Source: a virus
Lineage: Duplodnaviria; Heunggongvirae; Uroviricota; Caudoviricetes
Length of the DNA stretch: 30,451 bases
Reading direction: 5' to 3' (one strand)
Virus record (IMG/VR): IMGVR_UViG_2728369554_000010
Coordinates: 1 to 30,451 of that record
A program made the position numbers and the translations under genes. The notes below the pieces were generated by a model, which was not told the DNA's origin, did not search any database, and worked only from the letters and a program-made list of their open reading frames with translations. Positions 16,852-26,278 of the stretch are shown piece after piece; within the stretch, counting starts at the first letter, position 1; each line of letters opens with the position of its first letter.

Positions 16852-17148
16852 TTACTCCTCTTTGTTCTCTTTCTCGCCCAGCTTCCGGCGCATATGACGC
16901 AGGAAGATTTCAACAATCTGGTAACCGGCAACGCCCATTGCGGTGCCTGCGCCGGCAATGGCCAGTGGGTCAAGGTTCGGGTAGCGAACCAGCAGGGCAG
17001 CGGCAGAAACACCCAGCGCGCTCCCCAGCAGGGTTCGGCCCACAAACAACCGCAACGTAATCGGCTCTGCGCCAGCCAGCACCCGACTTGCGGCAGCGAT
17101 TCCGCCCAGAATGCCCAGAGTGATAATGGTGCGCTCATGCTCCTGCAT
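16852..17148 (-). CDS. Holin-like small membrane protein
   Basis: 98 aa with hydrophobic stretches (IITLGILGGIAAA; LLGSALGVSAAALLV; AIAGAGTAMGVAGY) and charged C-terminus RRKLGEKENKEE; immediately upstream of endolysin. Confidence 0.6.
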   Translation of the reverse strand: MQEHERTIITLGILGGIAAASRVLAGAEPITLRLFVGRTLLGSALGVSAAALLVRYPNLDPLAIAGAGTAMGVAGYQIVEIFLRHMRRKLGEKENKEE

Positions 17149-17151
17149 GGT

Positions 17152-17607
17152 TCACCCCATCAGTCCGCGCACGTCGTTCTCTGAGAGAACGGGCACGCCG
17201 TTGATACGCACAAAGTCAGGGCTTGCCACCACGTACTTGATTTTGTGCGTGGTCAGATCTGCGCTCTCGGTGTCAATGCTTAACAGGCCGGAAAGCATCA
17301 GCTCACAACCGAAGGCTTCGACGCGGATTTCTTCGGTTCCCGTATTGGCGTAAAACACAAAATCCATTGGCGGCAGGTCACGCCACGATCCCGCCTGAGC
17401 AGCCACTTCCCCGAGCTGGTTAAAGCTGCGGGTACTCATTTCGATTTCACCTTCGGCACTGACAGGGCCGCGCAGTTTACCGTCAGGGATGCCACGGGTT
17501 TTGGCAACGGCGCTTTCATCGCTGATGTCCAGTGAGATGCTTTTCACATGGATATCCGTTCCACCGATAAAAGTGTCAAACGCCATGCCGTTAATGCGGG
17601 TCGTCAT
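17152..17607 (-). CDS. Tail tube-like protein (putative)
   Basis: 151 aa, coupled to the upstream sheath-like gene (overlapping stop/start); assignment by size and position. Confidence 0.4.
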   Translation of the reverse strand: MTTRINGMAFDTFIGGTDIHVKSISLDISDESAVAKTRGIPDGKLRGPVSAEGEIEMSTRSFNQLGEVAAQAGSWRDLPPMDFVFYANTGTEEIRVEAFGCELMLSGLLSIDTESADLTTHKIKYVVASPDFVRINGVPVLSENDVRGLMG

Positions 17608-18752
17608 GCGTTTTCCTCCAGAGATTTATCCAGCTGAATGCCCACTTTGATGGTTTTAGGGCAGGCGTAAGGGCGGACGACAATGCTGATGCTGACCGTC
17701 TTTTCGTCCTGCCAGGTGATAACCACGTCGCCTTTCCGGGGCGATTTCACTTCGCCCGGAAACGTGATGCCGTTAATTTGCATGGATTTCGCCATGGCAC
17801 GCAGTGGGCGGGCAAACAGCGTTTCATGTGCGGCAATGCTGCCCGGCGTGCTGTTCAGCGAGCGGTCGGCAATCTTGGGGATGGCCATCAGCCGCACGCG
17901 GCGCGCCACCTTATCAGCAATGCGGACATGCTCAATGACGTTGTAGTCCCCGCCTTCCACCTCAAGTGTTACACCGTCAGCCCAGTAAAGGCCGTCATAG
18001 TCGGCATACCACATGGGCACGCTGTAGCGGGCGGTTGCCAGTGCCTGCAGAGTGTCGAGATCAATTGCCTGCCCTGTGCTGTCTTTCGGGCGTTCTGTGG
18101 TTTTCAGTGCGGACAGGTGCCCGGTTGCCACACGTGCCGGACTGTCAGCAATGGTGACGGCGCTGTTACACAGGCGACCGGCAAGAACGCCCGGTTCAAA
18201 TCCAAAAATCTCCGGAACCAGCATGACCTGCGGGGCTGCAATGCCTTTCTGTAGTGCGGTCAGTTCGGCAACGTATTCCGCCCAGGTTTTACTGTTGTCG
18301 TTGGCGGCGATGGTCAGGATGAACCAGATGCGGCGCTGATATTTATTGATGATGGTCTGACGTAACGCCTGTATGGCGTTGATGTCATCCTTCGTGCTGA
18401 CCGGCTCGGTGATCACCACGCCTTCAACTGAAACAGTTTCCTGAGCCGCCAGTATGGCGTTCTGCCATACCTGGCAGGCTGGCGTTGCTTCTTTGCCTTT
18501 GCCGGCTTCCGGCAGAACGGCAACATAGAAAAAGGCATTCTGTCCGGCATTGGTCAGTGCAGACTGAAGGAAGTTCTTCAGCGGGCTGGCGTTCTTTCCC
18601 AGTAGCTCATCCAGATCGCTGTTGGCATTAACCGGCAGAACCTCACCTTTGTTGTTTTGTGCATTGCCCACAAACAGCAGCGTATTTTCCACGCCGTCCG
18701 GTGAACTGCTGAATGTGTTGTACTGTTCAATCGTGACAGATGGCCATGTCAT
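17604..18752 (-). CDS. Tail sheath-like protein (putative)
   Basis: ORF 17604-18884; preferred start MTWPSVTIEQY at about 18752 with AGGAG 7 nt upstream; about 382 aa; assignment by size and position. Confidence 0.4.
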   Translation of the reverse strand: MTWPSVTIEQYNTFSSSPDGVENTLLFVGNAQNNKGEVLPVNANSDLDELLGKNASPLKNFLQSALTNAGQNAFFYVAVLPEAGKGKEATPACQVWQNAILAAQETVSVEGVVITEPVSTKDDINAIQALRQTIINKYQRRIWFILTIAANDNSKTWAEYVAELTALQKGIAAPQVMLVPEIFGFEPGVLAGRLCNSAVTIADSPARVATGHLSALKTTERPKDSTGQAIDLDTLQALATARYSVPMWYADYDGLYWADGVTLEVEGGDYNVIEHVRIADKVARRVRLMAIPKIADRSLNSTPGSIAAHETLFARPLRAMAKSMQINGITFPGEVKSPRKGDVVITWQDEKTVSISIVVRPYACPKTIKVGIQLDKSLEENA

Positions 18753-18771
18753 GGTTTGTCTCCTGATTTTG

Positions 18772-19485
18772 TTATCTCGTGCCGCCGTAATGCAGGCTGC
18801 GCAGCTGCGCTTCCAGAATGCGGGCAAATTCAGCATCGCTGGCTCCCAGAAATGCGCGGGAGGGGATTTTGATTTCCCATACACGTTTTTTCTGCTCGCC
18901 TTTCAGAATGCTGATCACCAGTCCGGCCTGCGCCATACTCATGTTTTCCATAATCCATTTCAGAGAAGGCTTTCTGCGTCCCCTGCGTCCGGTTTTTTTG
19001 TTGACTGCGCCGACGGGGGCGCGAAAGCCCAGAGAAAGAAGGCGTTCTGCCTGCCGTCGTGTGGCGGGACGGGTGCGCATGGCTTCGCTGTCCCGGCGTT
19101 TTGTGGCGCGGCCTTTGATGGTTGCGCCGTGCTGTTGCACCCACGCGACCGCCCCACCATGAGAGCCGGTGTTGTAATCCCCTTTTTTGAAGAAAAGGCG
19201 GACACTTTTCCCGCTGCCGTCAACCCTGATGGCCAGCAGTTTCGGCAGTCCCAGCAGCATTTTGTTTTTATACCTGCCGCCGGCTTTATCCGGTCTTTTT
19301 CGTGGTGCCCAGGCTGCCCCCTCCGGTGTTCGCTGTGCTTTCACATTGCGTCGTGCAGCCGGTATCAGGCCGTATTTCGCAATGCGAACCAGCAGCTTTC
19401 TGGCCTTTGCCGGCGGAAGTTCTGCCTCTCTGATGGCGCGACGAACCTGCCGGAGTTGTGACTCGTTAATCACGGGGCGCGTCAT
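18772..19485 (-). CDS. Phage virion morphogenesis / tail completion protein (gpS-like)
   Basis: 237 aa, basic, between head-completion and sheath-like genes; overlaps upstream gene by 4 nt. Confidence 0.5.
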   Translation of the reverse strand: MTRPVINESQLRQVRRAIREAELPPAKARKLLVRIAKYGLIPAARRNVKAQRTPEGAAWAPRKRPDKAGGRYKNKMLLGLPKLLAIRVDGSGKSVRLFFKKGDYNTGSHGGAVAWVQQHGATIKGRATKRRDSEAMRTRPATRRQAERLLSLGFRAPVGAVNKKTGRRGRRKPSLKWIMENMSMAQAGLVISILKGEQKKRVWEIKIPSRAFLGASDAEFARILEAQLRSLHYGGTR

Positions 19486-19955
19486 GGCATCACCTGGCAG
19501 TGAAGCTGATGCGCCTGAGCCACCCAGATTTCAGGCTTTTCCAGCTGGTAACGTTTCCCGCCTCTGGGGATGGGGCCGTTTTCGTCCTCAACCAGGGTGA
19601 TGGGATCAACCAGCGGCAGACTGATTTCCAGCCATGCCACTTCATTTTCATCATCCACTTCGACGTCAACGGCTGGCGCATCCGGTGCCAGGCGCTGGCG
19701 CAGGTCGCCGCCGTTGTCTGCCAGCCAGGCTTCAACCAGAGAAAACACCAAATCCGGATTGAGCTGACGATAGGGCCATGCGTCCCATCGCAGAAAAGCC
19801 GTATATTTTCGGACCTGCGTACATAACTGCCCGTGCCCCAGCGACTTCGTAAACGGAACGAGCGTGATGTCATCCATGTCACTGGTGAACGGAATGCGTG
19901 CGCGTGCCGGCAGATTGTTTTCAATGAATGCCGTCAGGCTGGCGAGTTGCGTCAT
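19482..19955 (-). CDS. Tail completion protein (gpR-like, putative)
   Basis: 157 aa directly downstream of gpL-like gene; size and position as P2 gpR. Confidence 0.4.
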   Translation of the reverse strand: MTQLASLTAFIENNLPARARIPFTSDMDDITLVPFTKSLGHGQLCTQVRKYTAFLRWDAWPYRQLNPDLVFSLVEAWLADNGGDLRQRLAPDAPAVDVEVDDENEVAWLEISLPLVDPITLVEDENGPIPRGGKRYQLEKPEIWVAQAHQLHCQVMP

Positions 19956-19964
19956 ACCATTTCC

Positions 19965-20459
19965 TTAATCAATCAGCGCGATGGATGCACGCGGTCGGCC
20001 CAGCAGCGCCCGCACCGCCATGGCCGCTTCAGCCAGCAACGTCCGGCGGCTTTCGCTGGCTTCTGATGATGGCTGCGTCTCGCGCCGCCCCACACTGGCA
20101 GATTCCGGCAAAAGATCGGCCTTTGCGCGGGCATACACAGCCTTGGTGTACAGTGCTGTAATGTGGTTCTGCATCCGTTCAGGTTGTGCATCCGTATTGC
20201 GCGGCTCTGGTTGCAACACGGTGTAACCCGGAATATCAGCGGCCCGGATGTGGCCCTGTTCCTGCCAGTATTCACGGCGTGCAGCCAGTTCAGTGTTAAT
20301 CTCTGTTAGCGCGCAAAGCAGCGCCGTCAGCACCGTTTCGTGTGACGTGACGGCGGGGATGCTGCGGCTCTTTTCAAAATCGCCGGCATCAATATCCGGC
20401 CAGAATCCATCGTTCTGAATAATGGCCTGCTGATAGTGAATGCTTTTCCCGTCAAACAT
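19965..20459 (-). CDS. L: Head completion/stabilisation protein (gpL-like)
   Basis: ORF 19965-20654; internal ATG (MFDGKSIHYQQAII) at about 20459 gives about 164 aa, P2 gpL-sized, directly downstream of gpM-like gene. Confidence 0.6.
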   Translation of the reverse strand: MFDGKSIHYQQAIIQNDGFWPDIDAGDFEKSRSIPAVTSHETVLTALLCALTEINTELAARREYWQEQGHIRAADIPGYTVLQPEPRNTDAQPERMQNHITALYTKAVYARAKADLLPESASVGRRETQPSSEASESRRTLLAEAAMAVRALLGRPRASIALID

Positions 20460-20557
20460 GCTCACTCCGGGGAAAGGCGGGCTGACCGGTTTCCGCAGTG
20501 TGCTGATGGCTTTTGCCGGCACACCTCCACCGCGCCCGCCCGGTTGTTGGGAGTCGT

Positions 20558-21268
20558 TTACGTGCCCTGCAACGCGCGCAGTCTTGCGGCAATGCGCTGG
20601 CGCAGGGTTTTCACCTGAATTTTTGGATGCAGCCAGGCAGCCTGTTCCAGACACTGGTCGGCCTGTTGCAGTCTCTCCGGATCGTTAATTGCACTGGCCA
20701 GCGGTTTACCGTCATCGCCGCGCAGCAGCAGGACGCCTGCAAAGCGCCAGTAGCGGGCAGCAAGGCGTTCATTCACGCGCCATTTGTCGCGGATTTTTTC
20801 AAACACCTGCTGAAAATATGGCGCGATACTGTTCCCGCGTTCAGCTTCGGTTTCTGCCCATTCAAGAATGAAATGGGCCACAAACGTTGGCAGCTCGCTT
20901 TTGAAGTTCTCCGGCGTCTTTTGCCCCTGCTCAATGGCAATGTCAGCCCACCGCAGCGCTATCTCAAACTGCCCGGTATCGAACAGCCAGATGATGCAGT
21001 ACACCAGAATGGGATTCTGATAGACGCGTTCCCCCTCCAGATAAGCCTGTGCGTGTGGCAGCCAGCGGGGCAGCAGCGTGTTCCGTTTGAATTCCAGCTT
21101 GTCAGACAGCAGCTCCATGTTGTGCAGTTGTCTGATGTCGTTATCCAGTGCCAGCAGCTTAATGTGCTGACTCTCTGTGCTGATGGCGCTCCCGTCCGTT
21201 CTGGTCATGAGCGCCGCACGGCGCTCATCCATCTGTCGGGCACGTTGTCGCTGCATTGGCGTTGGCAT
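20558..21268 (-). CDS. M: Terminase endonuclease (small) subunit, gpM-like
   Basis: 236 aa, downstream of major capsid gene in canonical P2 O-N-M-L order. Confidence 0.65.
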   Translation of the reverse strand: MPTPMQRQRARQMDERRAALMTRTDGSAISTESQHIKLLALDNDIRQLHNMELLSDKLEFKRNTLLPRWLPHAQAYLEGERVYQNPILVYCIIWLFDTGQFEIALRWADIAIEQGQKTPENFKSELPTFVAHFILEWAETEAERGNSIAPYFQQVFEKIRDKWRVNERLAARYWRFAGVLLLRGDDGKPLASAINDPERLQQADQCLEQAAWLHPKIQVKTLRQRIAARLRALQGT

Positions 21269-21285
21269 ACCGTGCGCTCCGTTTA

Positions 21286-22299
21286 TCAGGCGATGGTGAC
21301 CGCAGACTCATCTACGGCAGCATATAAATCCGGATCGCCCAGGGCGTACCCCTCGTAACGCCAGTATGAGTTTTCGAACTGTTTGCGATCGCCCACATCT
21401 TCTGCCTTGCGGCGGCGGGAGCCTTTCAGCGTCAGGATCTGCAGGTTTGGCAGCATGGTCACCACCATACGTTTGCCCGGCATAAACGGCGGAATGATGG
21501 CCTTGCGGCCTGCAATGTTCTTCGTCAGCAACTGTGCGGCCACTTTTTCGGTAGGCTTATCCTCTTTGTTGTAGAGGCGTAGTTCTTCAGCAGCCACAAG
21601 GTCTGCGCCGACCAGTACGGTAAGTCGTGGGTCGTTGTGATACTGTGCCGGGATGTAAGTGCGGATCAGGTCTGAGGCCATGGCATCAAGACCGACATAA
21701 TCGCCGCCTTCGCCCAGGGTAACGGCGTCTGTCAGAATACGGGAGGTATTGCCGGGCTGTTCTCCCCACTTTTTGGCGATTTCATGCCAGCCGATGTTGA
21801 CGTCTTCGCCGTTCGGATGACTTTCCGGGTCAGAGTTTTCCGCTGCTGTTTTACCGTTAAAGCCAATGCGCAGCATATCCAGCGCAAAGTTGGTGACGGC
21901 GGCGGAGTTCATCAGGTTGAAAAATTCCTGCGGGCTGCCGGCATTCGCCCAGATGGCGAGTTGTTCCCAGGTGATCACGCAGCAGGAATCAGTTTCAACG
22001 AGTTTAAATTCGTTGCCTTTGATGCCCGAACCTTTAGCGAAACGACCGCTTTTCACGCGACCGGTGCGCAGTGTGGATTCGCCCACGGTGACGACCTGTC
22101 CCTGCGGGTGCGGAACGTCCATGCAGGTGATGAAACTCAGAAACTCCGTGCTTTCCAGCAGGGCTTTACGCAGAGCAATACTGCGTGGCTCGGTCAGCGA
22201 AAAGAAACGATCGCTTGATTTCCCGCAGTCACTGAATGTTTTTTGCAGTTCGCTGATGTACTGATTAACCAGCTTTTGTGCTTCTGGTGTCATGTTCAT
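21286..22299 (-). CDS. N: Major capsid protein, gpN-like
   Basis: 337 aa; GFNGK, VNIGWHE, GEGGDYVGLDA, DPRLTVLVG parallel P2 gpN as I recall it. Confidence 0.85.
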   Translation of the reverse strand: MNMTPEAQKLVNQYISELQKTFSDCGKSSDRFFSLTEPRSIALRKALLESTEFLSFITCMDVPHPQGQVVTVGESTLRTGRVKSGRFAKGSGIKGNEFKLVETDSCCVITWEQLAIWANAGSPQEFFNLMNSAAVTNFALDMLRIGFNGKTAAENSDPESHPNGEDVNIGWHEIAKKWGEQPGNTSRILTDAVTLGEGGDYVGLDAMASDLIRTYIPAQYHNDPRLTVLVGADLVAAEELRLYNKEDKPTEKVAAQLLTKNIAGRKAIIPPFMPGKRMVVTMLPNLQILTLKGSRRRKAEDVGDRKQFENSYWRYEGYALGDPDLYAAVDESAVTIA

Positions 22300-22313
22300 T
22301 GCGTTCTCTCCGG

Positions 22314-23204
22314 TTACACCAGGTTAAAAGTTTCGCCACCGGCCGGATTGTTGCCCGGCAGCTTCGTGGCGTCCTTGCTGAGTTCAGCAAATGCGGTTTC
22401 CATACTGGTAACCTTCTCCGCGATGGCGTTCACTGTGGAGAACAGCTTTTCGCCCTGCTCGGTGGTCAGCGTGAAGGTTTTGTCGTCCTTGTTGTTCTGT
22501 TCTGCGTTGTCCTGCCCCTGATCGCCGGTGCTGCCTTCCGGCTTGTTATCACCGGTATCTTTCGGGGCATCCTTCGCGCTGAACTGCGTGACGTTTTCTT
22601 CCAGTTTGTCCAGGCGTTCGCCGGTTTTGTTGATAGCGTCCATCAACTGGCCGAACTGTTTTTCGTTCATATCGTTTTCCTGTTTGTTGCGTCCCACGGA
22701 GAAAAGGCCGGAAAAGAAACTGCGTTTGGCCTGCTCGTCGTCAGACTGCAGCGTGAAATTCAGTTCTTCTGCATTCCCCATGTGAATGGAATCTCCCTGC
22801 GAAAATTGCAGGCGGGTGGTGTTGATGCTGGCCGGTGTGTCAGTCACAGCGATACCGGATACAAAGAATTTGCCTGTTCCCAGGTAGTTTTCCTTTACCT
22901 CTATGGAGGTGAAAAGTTTTTGTCCAGCCTCGTTGGCTTCGGTCAGAAAGCGGTTGGGTATCAGGCGGGCTTTCAACTGCACTTTATCACCGACTTTTTC
23001 CGCCTTCAGTGCATCAACAAGACCATAGTTATTGGTGAAAGCACGCCAGCCGGCGCTGGCATGAAACGGCCAGAGCATGGCGGTGTGTTCGTCCGGGTTA
23101 TAAACCTCGGCGGCATCCGTCAGCCACTTTGGATCAATTTCCCGACCGTCGATGGTGGGGCCTGAAGTGGCTACGACCACCCAGTCTGTTTTCAGTTTCG
23201 ACAT
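22314..23204 (-). CDS. O: Capsid scaffolding protein, gpO-like
   Basis: 296 aa; N-terminus GPTIDGREIDPKWLTDAAEVYNP and acidic C-terminal half resemble P2 gpO; first gene of the leftward head operon. Confidence 0.8.
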   Translation of the reverse strand: MSKLKTDWVVVATSGPTIDGREIDPKWLTDAAEVYNPDEHTAMLWPFHASAGWRAFTNNYGLVDALKAEKVGDKVQLKARLIPNRFLTEANEAGQKLFTSIEVKENYLGTGKFFVSGIAVTDTPASINTTRLQFSQGDSIHMGNAEELNFTLQSDDEQAKRSFFSGLFSVGRNKQENDMNEKQFGQLMDAINKTGERLDKLEENVTQFSAKDAPKDTGDNKPEGSTGDQGQDNAEQNNKDDKTFTLTTEQGEKLFSTVNAIAEKVTSMETAFAELSKDATKLPGNNPAGGETFNLV

Positions 23205-23287
23205 CTGAATTAACCCGCTGATAAAAATTAAACTGGCGTTATTTAACGGAGAAATAAAAATGTCGTCATCTGATTAATTTCCGGTAC

Positions 23288-23313
23288 TTTCGGATATGTG
23301 TATATATCCGAAA
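23288..23313. promoter_or_regulatory. Perfect 10-bp-arm palindrome TTTCGGATAT-N6-ATATCCGAAA in the O/P divergent promoter region
   Basis: Read directly from sequence; centred about 85-100 bp from both the O and P start codons in an AT-rich 194-bp intergenic region. Confidence 0.45.
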
Positions 23314-23398
23314 AATACCGAAAAGCGATATTCGTTTTTAAAAAAGCCTTTGCTGAAAATGCATAAATTAAAATTGCATCAGCAGGTGAGGTTTATTT

Positions 23399-25186
23399 AT
23401 GGCGTATTCTGATGAGGTGATTGCTGCTGCAAAATCGCTCTATCTGAAAAGACACACACCAAAAGAAATACAAAAGAAGCTCGGACTGAACAGCCCGCGA
23501 ATTGTTTATTACTGGGCGACAAAGTTTGAGTGGTACACACAGCTTAATGCTGAAGGCGTGGAGGATGTTATCGCTCGTCGTCTCGCTGTACTGGCGGAGC
23601 GTGATCATAAAACGCCGGAAGAGCACGATGAACTTGATCGCCTGATTGGTCATCACGTCAAACTGATGTCGGTCAGGAACAAGCACACGGAACGCATGGC
23701 CGAGATTGAACGAATGGGAGCGGATATTCCCCAGTCTGGTCGTTATGGAAAAGAAGAACGCGGAGAAAAAGGTGCAGGTAAGAAAGAGCGCCCCCGCAAA
23801 GCTAATGACGTTTCCGGACTGACTGCTGAAAGTTTTGAGCCGTTTACGAAAAAGTTGTTTGCTTATCAGTTGCATCTGCGTGAAAACAAATTCCGCCGTG
23901 TACGCAACCTGCTTAAATCCCGCCAGATTGGGGCGACGTATTACTTCGCGTTTGAGGCATTTGAAGATGCAGTATTAACCGGCGACACACAGATATTTTT
24001 ATCGGCATCAAAACGTCAGGCCGAAGTGTTCCGTACTTATATTGTAAAAATTGCACAAACAGAGTTTGGCATTCCCATTAAAGGCAATCCGGTTAAGTTA
24101 AGTAATCTGGCTGAACTGTATTTTCTGGCGACCAACAGTAACACAGCGCAGTCAAACAGCGGCCACCTGTATATTGATGAATACCTGTGGATCCCCGGTT
24201 TTCGCCGTCTCAATGAAGTGGCATCAGGGATGGCCACCCATAAACACTGGCGCATTACCTATTTCTCCACGCCGTCATCCAAAACACACCAGGGTTACCC
24301 GTTCTGGTCTGGCGATGAATGGCGCAAAGGCGATCCGAAACGAAAAGGGGTTGAGTTTCCGTCCTTTGATGAGCTGCGCGATGGTGGGCGTGAATGTCCG
24401 GATGGTCAGTGGCGCTATGTGGTTACGCTGGAAGATGCCATTGCCGGCGGCTTTAACCTTGCTGACATCAACGAGCTGCGCGAGCGATACAACGAAACAG
24501 CGTTCAATATGCTGTTTATGTGTGTGTTTGTGGATGACAAAGAGAGCGTCTTTAAATTCGATGATCTTGTGCGTTGTGGTGTTGATGTCAGTACGTGGGA
24601 GGATTTTCACCCGGAAGAGCCCATGCCATTTGGTAACCGTGAAGTGTGGGGCGGCTTTGACCCTGCGCGCTCCGGCGATAACGCCACATTTGTTGTGCTG
24701 GCACCGCCGCTGGTTGCGGCAGAACGATTCCGCGTGCTGGAAAAACACCACTGGCGCAGCATGTCATTCCAGTTTATGGCAGAGCGTATCCGCAGCATTA
24801 AGGCGCGCTATAACATGACATTTATCGGCATTGACGTCACCGGTCTTGGCTACGGTGTCTTTGAGCTGGTTCAGGGATTTGCCCGCCGTGAAACAGTGGC
24901 CATTCATTACAGCGTGGAATCCAAAAACCGCCTGGTGATGAAGATGCTGGATCTGATTTACGCCAACCGTATTGAGTGGGATGAAGAAGCCACGGATATT
25001 CCGGCATCGTTCCTGGCCATTCGTCAGGAATCCACCAACAGCGGCAATAAAGTCACTTTCACCGCCGAACGTAGCGAAGAAACCGGGCACGCTGACATCT
25101 TCTTTGCCATAGCTCATGCCGCAAGTAATGAACCCCTGAACTATAAGCACAAGCGCAAATCAACATGGATCCTGTCAGATGAGTAA
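23399..25186 (+). CDS. P: Terminase large (ATPase) subunit, gpP-like
   Basis: 595 aa; GGTGAGG SD; motifs KSRQIGATYYFAFEAF and IDEYLWIPGF typical of P2-type terminase; overlaps portal start by 8 nt. Confidence 0.85.
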   Translation: MAYSDEVIAAAKSLYLKRHTPKEIQKKLGLNSPRIVYYWATKFEWYTQLNAEGVEDVIARRLAVLAERDHKTPEEHDELDRLIGHHVKLMSVRNKHTERMAEIERMGADIPQSGRYGKEERGEKGAGKKERPRKANDVSGLTAESFEPFTKKLFAYQLHLRENKFRRVRNLLKSRQIGATYYFAFEAFEDAVLTGDTQIFLSASKRQAEVFRTYIVKIAQTEFGIPIKGNPVKLSNLAELYFLATNSNTAQSNSGHLYIDEYLWIPGFRRLNEVASGMATHKHWRITYFSTPSSKTHQGYPFWSGDEWRKGDPKRKGVEFPSFDELRDGGRECPDGQWRYVVTLEDAIAGGFNLADINELRERYNETAFNMLFMCVFVDDKESVFKFDDLVRCGVDVSTWEDFHPEEPMPFGNREVWGGFDPARSGDNATFVVLAPPLVAAERFRVLEKHHWRSMSFQFMAERIRSIKARYNMTFIGIDVTGLGYGVFELVQGFARRETVAIHYSVESKNRLVMKMLDLIYANRIEWDEEATDIPASFLAIRQESTNSGNKVTFTAERSEETGHADIFFAIAHAASNEPLNYKHKRKSTWILSDE

Positions 25187-26213
25187 AAAGAAAAAATACC
25201 CCGTGTTACACGATGGCGTGGCAAAAAAAACAGCCAGCAAAATGACTTTTATTGAATTTGGTGACCCGGAACCGGTCGCAGCATGGGGCTGTTATTACGG
25301 CTCGCTCTGGGATGGCTATAACGGCTGGTACACACCGCCCATTGAGCGCATGGATCTCGCCATGTTGTCCAATATCGCACCGTATCACGGCGCGGTATTG
25401 CGTGCGCGCGTCAATATGATCATGCAGGGTTTTCGGGGTGGTGGTGGTATGACACACGCCGCCATGGCGGCAGCAGTAACCAATCTGCTGATATTCGGGG
25501 ATATGGGGTTGCTTAAAGTGCGCAATGGCTTCGGTCGAGTGGTGCGCCTGCATACGTTACCTTCTCTGTACCTGCGGCGTAACAACGAGGGTGGCACGGT
25601 GATTGTGCAGGCGGCACTGGAAGATCTCGTTTACCCGCCAGGCGAAGTAGTGTTCGTGGCCATTTATGACCCGCAACAGCAGGTTTACGGTGTCCCGGAT
25701 TATATTCACGGGATGGAATCTGCCATGCTGAATGTGGATGCCACCCGCTTTCGCCGCAAGTATTACAAGAACGGCGCACATCTTGGTTATATCCTGTATT
25801 CCACTGACCCGGACATGGATCCCGAGCTCGAGGCGGAATTCCGTAAAAAGATAGAGGCGTCAAAAGGGGCGGGCAATTTTAAATCCATGTTTATCAATAT
25901 ACCTGGCGGAGACAAAGAAGGCGTTAAGGTGATCCCTATCGGAGATTCAGGTACAAAAGATGAGTTCCTGAATATAAAAACTATCAGTGCCCAGGATCAG
26001 CTCGTTGCGCACCGTTTTCCACCCGGGCTTGCCGGCATCATTCCCGCAAATACGGCCGGGCTTGGTGACCCACTGAAATCCCGCGAGGCATATTACAGGG
26101 ATGAGGTTATCCCGATGCGCCGCCTGATTATGGAGGGGATCAACAGCGACCCGGATATCAGACGACTGGGGGAGGTGAAATTTATTCTTGATTTTGATGA
26201 ACCCATGGAGTGA
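25179..26213 (+). CDS. Q: Portal protein, gpQ-like
   Basis: 344 aa starting MSKKKK; FRRKYYKNGAHLGYILY and GAGNFKSMFINIPGG parallel P2 gpQ as I recall it. Confidence 0.85.
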   Translation: MSKKKKYPVLHDGVAKKTASKMTFIEFGDPEPVAAWGCYYGSLWDGYNGWYTPPIERMDLAMLSNIAPYHGAVLRARVNMIMQGFRGGGGMTHAAMAAAVTNLLIFGDMGLLKVRNGFGRVVRLHTLPSLYLRRNNEGGTVIVQAALEDLVYPPGEVVFVAIYDPQQQVYGVPDYIHGMESAMLNVDATRFRRKYYKNGAHLGYILYSTDPDMDPELEAEFRKKIEASKGAGNFKSMFINIPGGDKEGVKVIPIGDSGTKDEFLNIKTISAQDQLVAHRFPPGLAGIIPANTAGLGDPLKSREAYYRDEVIPMRRLIMEGINSDPDIRRLGEVKFILDFDEPME

Positions 26214-26278
26214 TGTGCGGTATGGGGAAAGAGCGGGTAAAATCGGTGGCAGTAAAACGCTGTTCCGGGAGGTGGAAA

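Noticed and set aside
19965-20654. N-terminal 65-aa extension of the gpL ORF (MSGTGCLAAS...)
   Set aside because: Extension would overlap the gpM 3' end by about 100 nt and make gpL much larger than expected; the internal ATG at about 20459 fits better.
23205-23398. Search for the classical Ogr/Delta TGT-N12-ACA site in the O/P intergenic region
   Set aside because: No match found by eye; reported instead as the absence accompanying the palindrome finding.
26210-26278. N-terminal extension of the ogr ORF (MMCGMGKERVK...)
   Set aside because: Would overlap the portal stop and lacks SD; the internal ATG at about 26279 has a GGAGG SD and yields an Ogr-sized protein.
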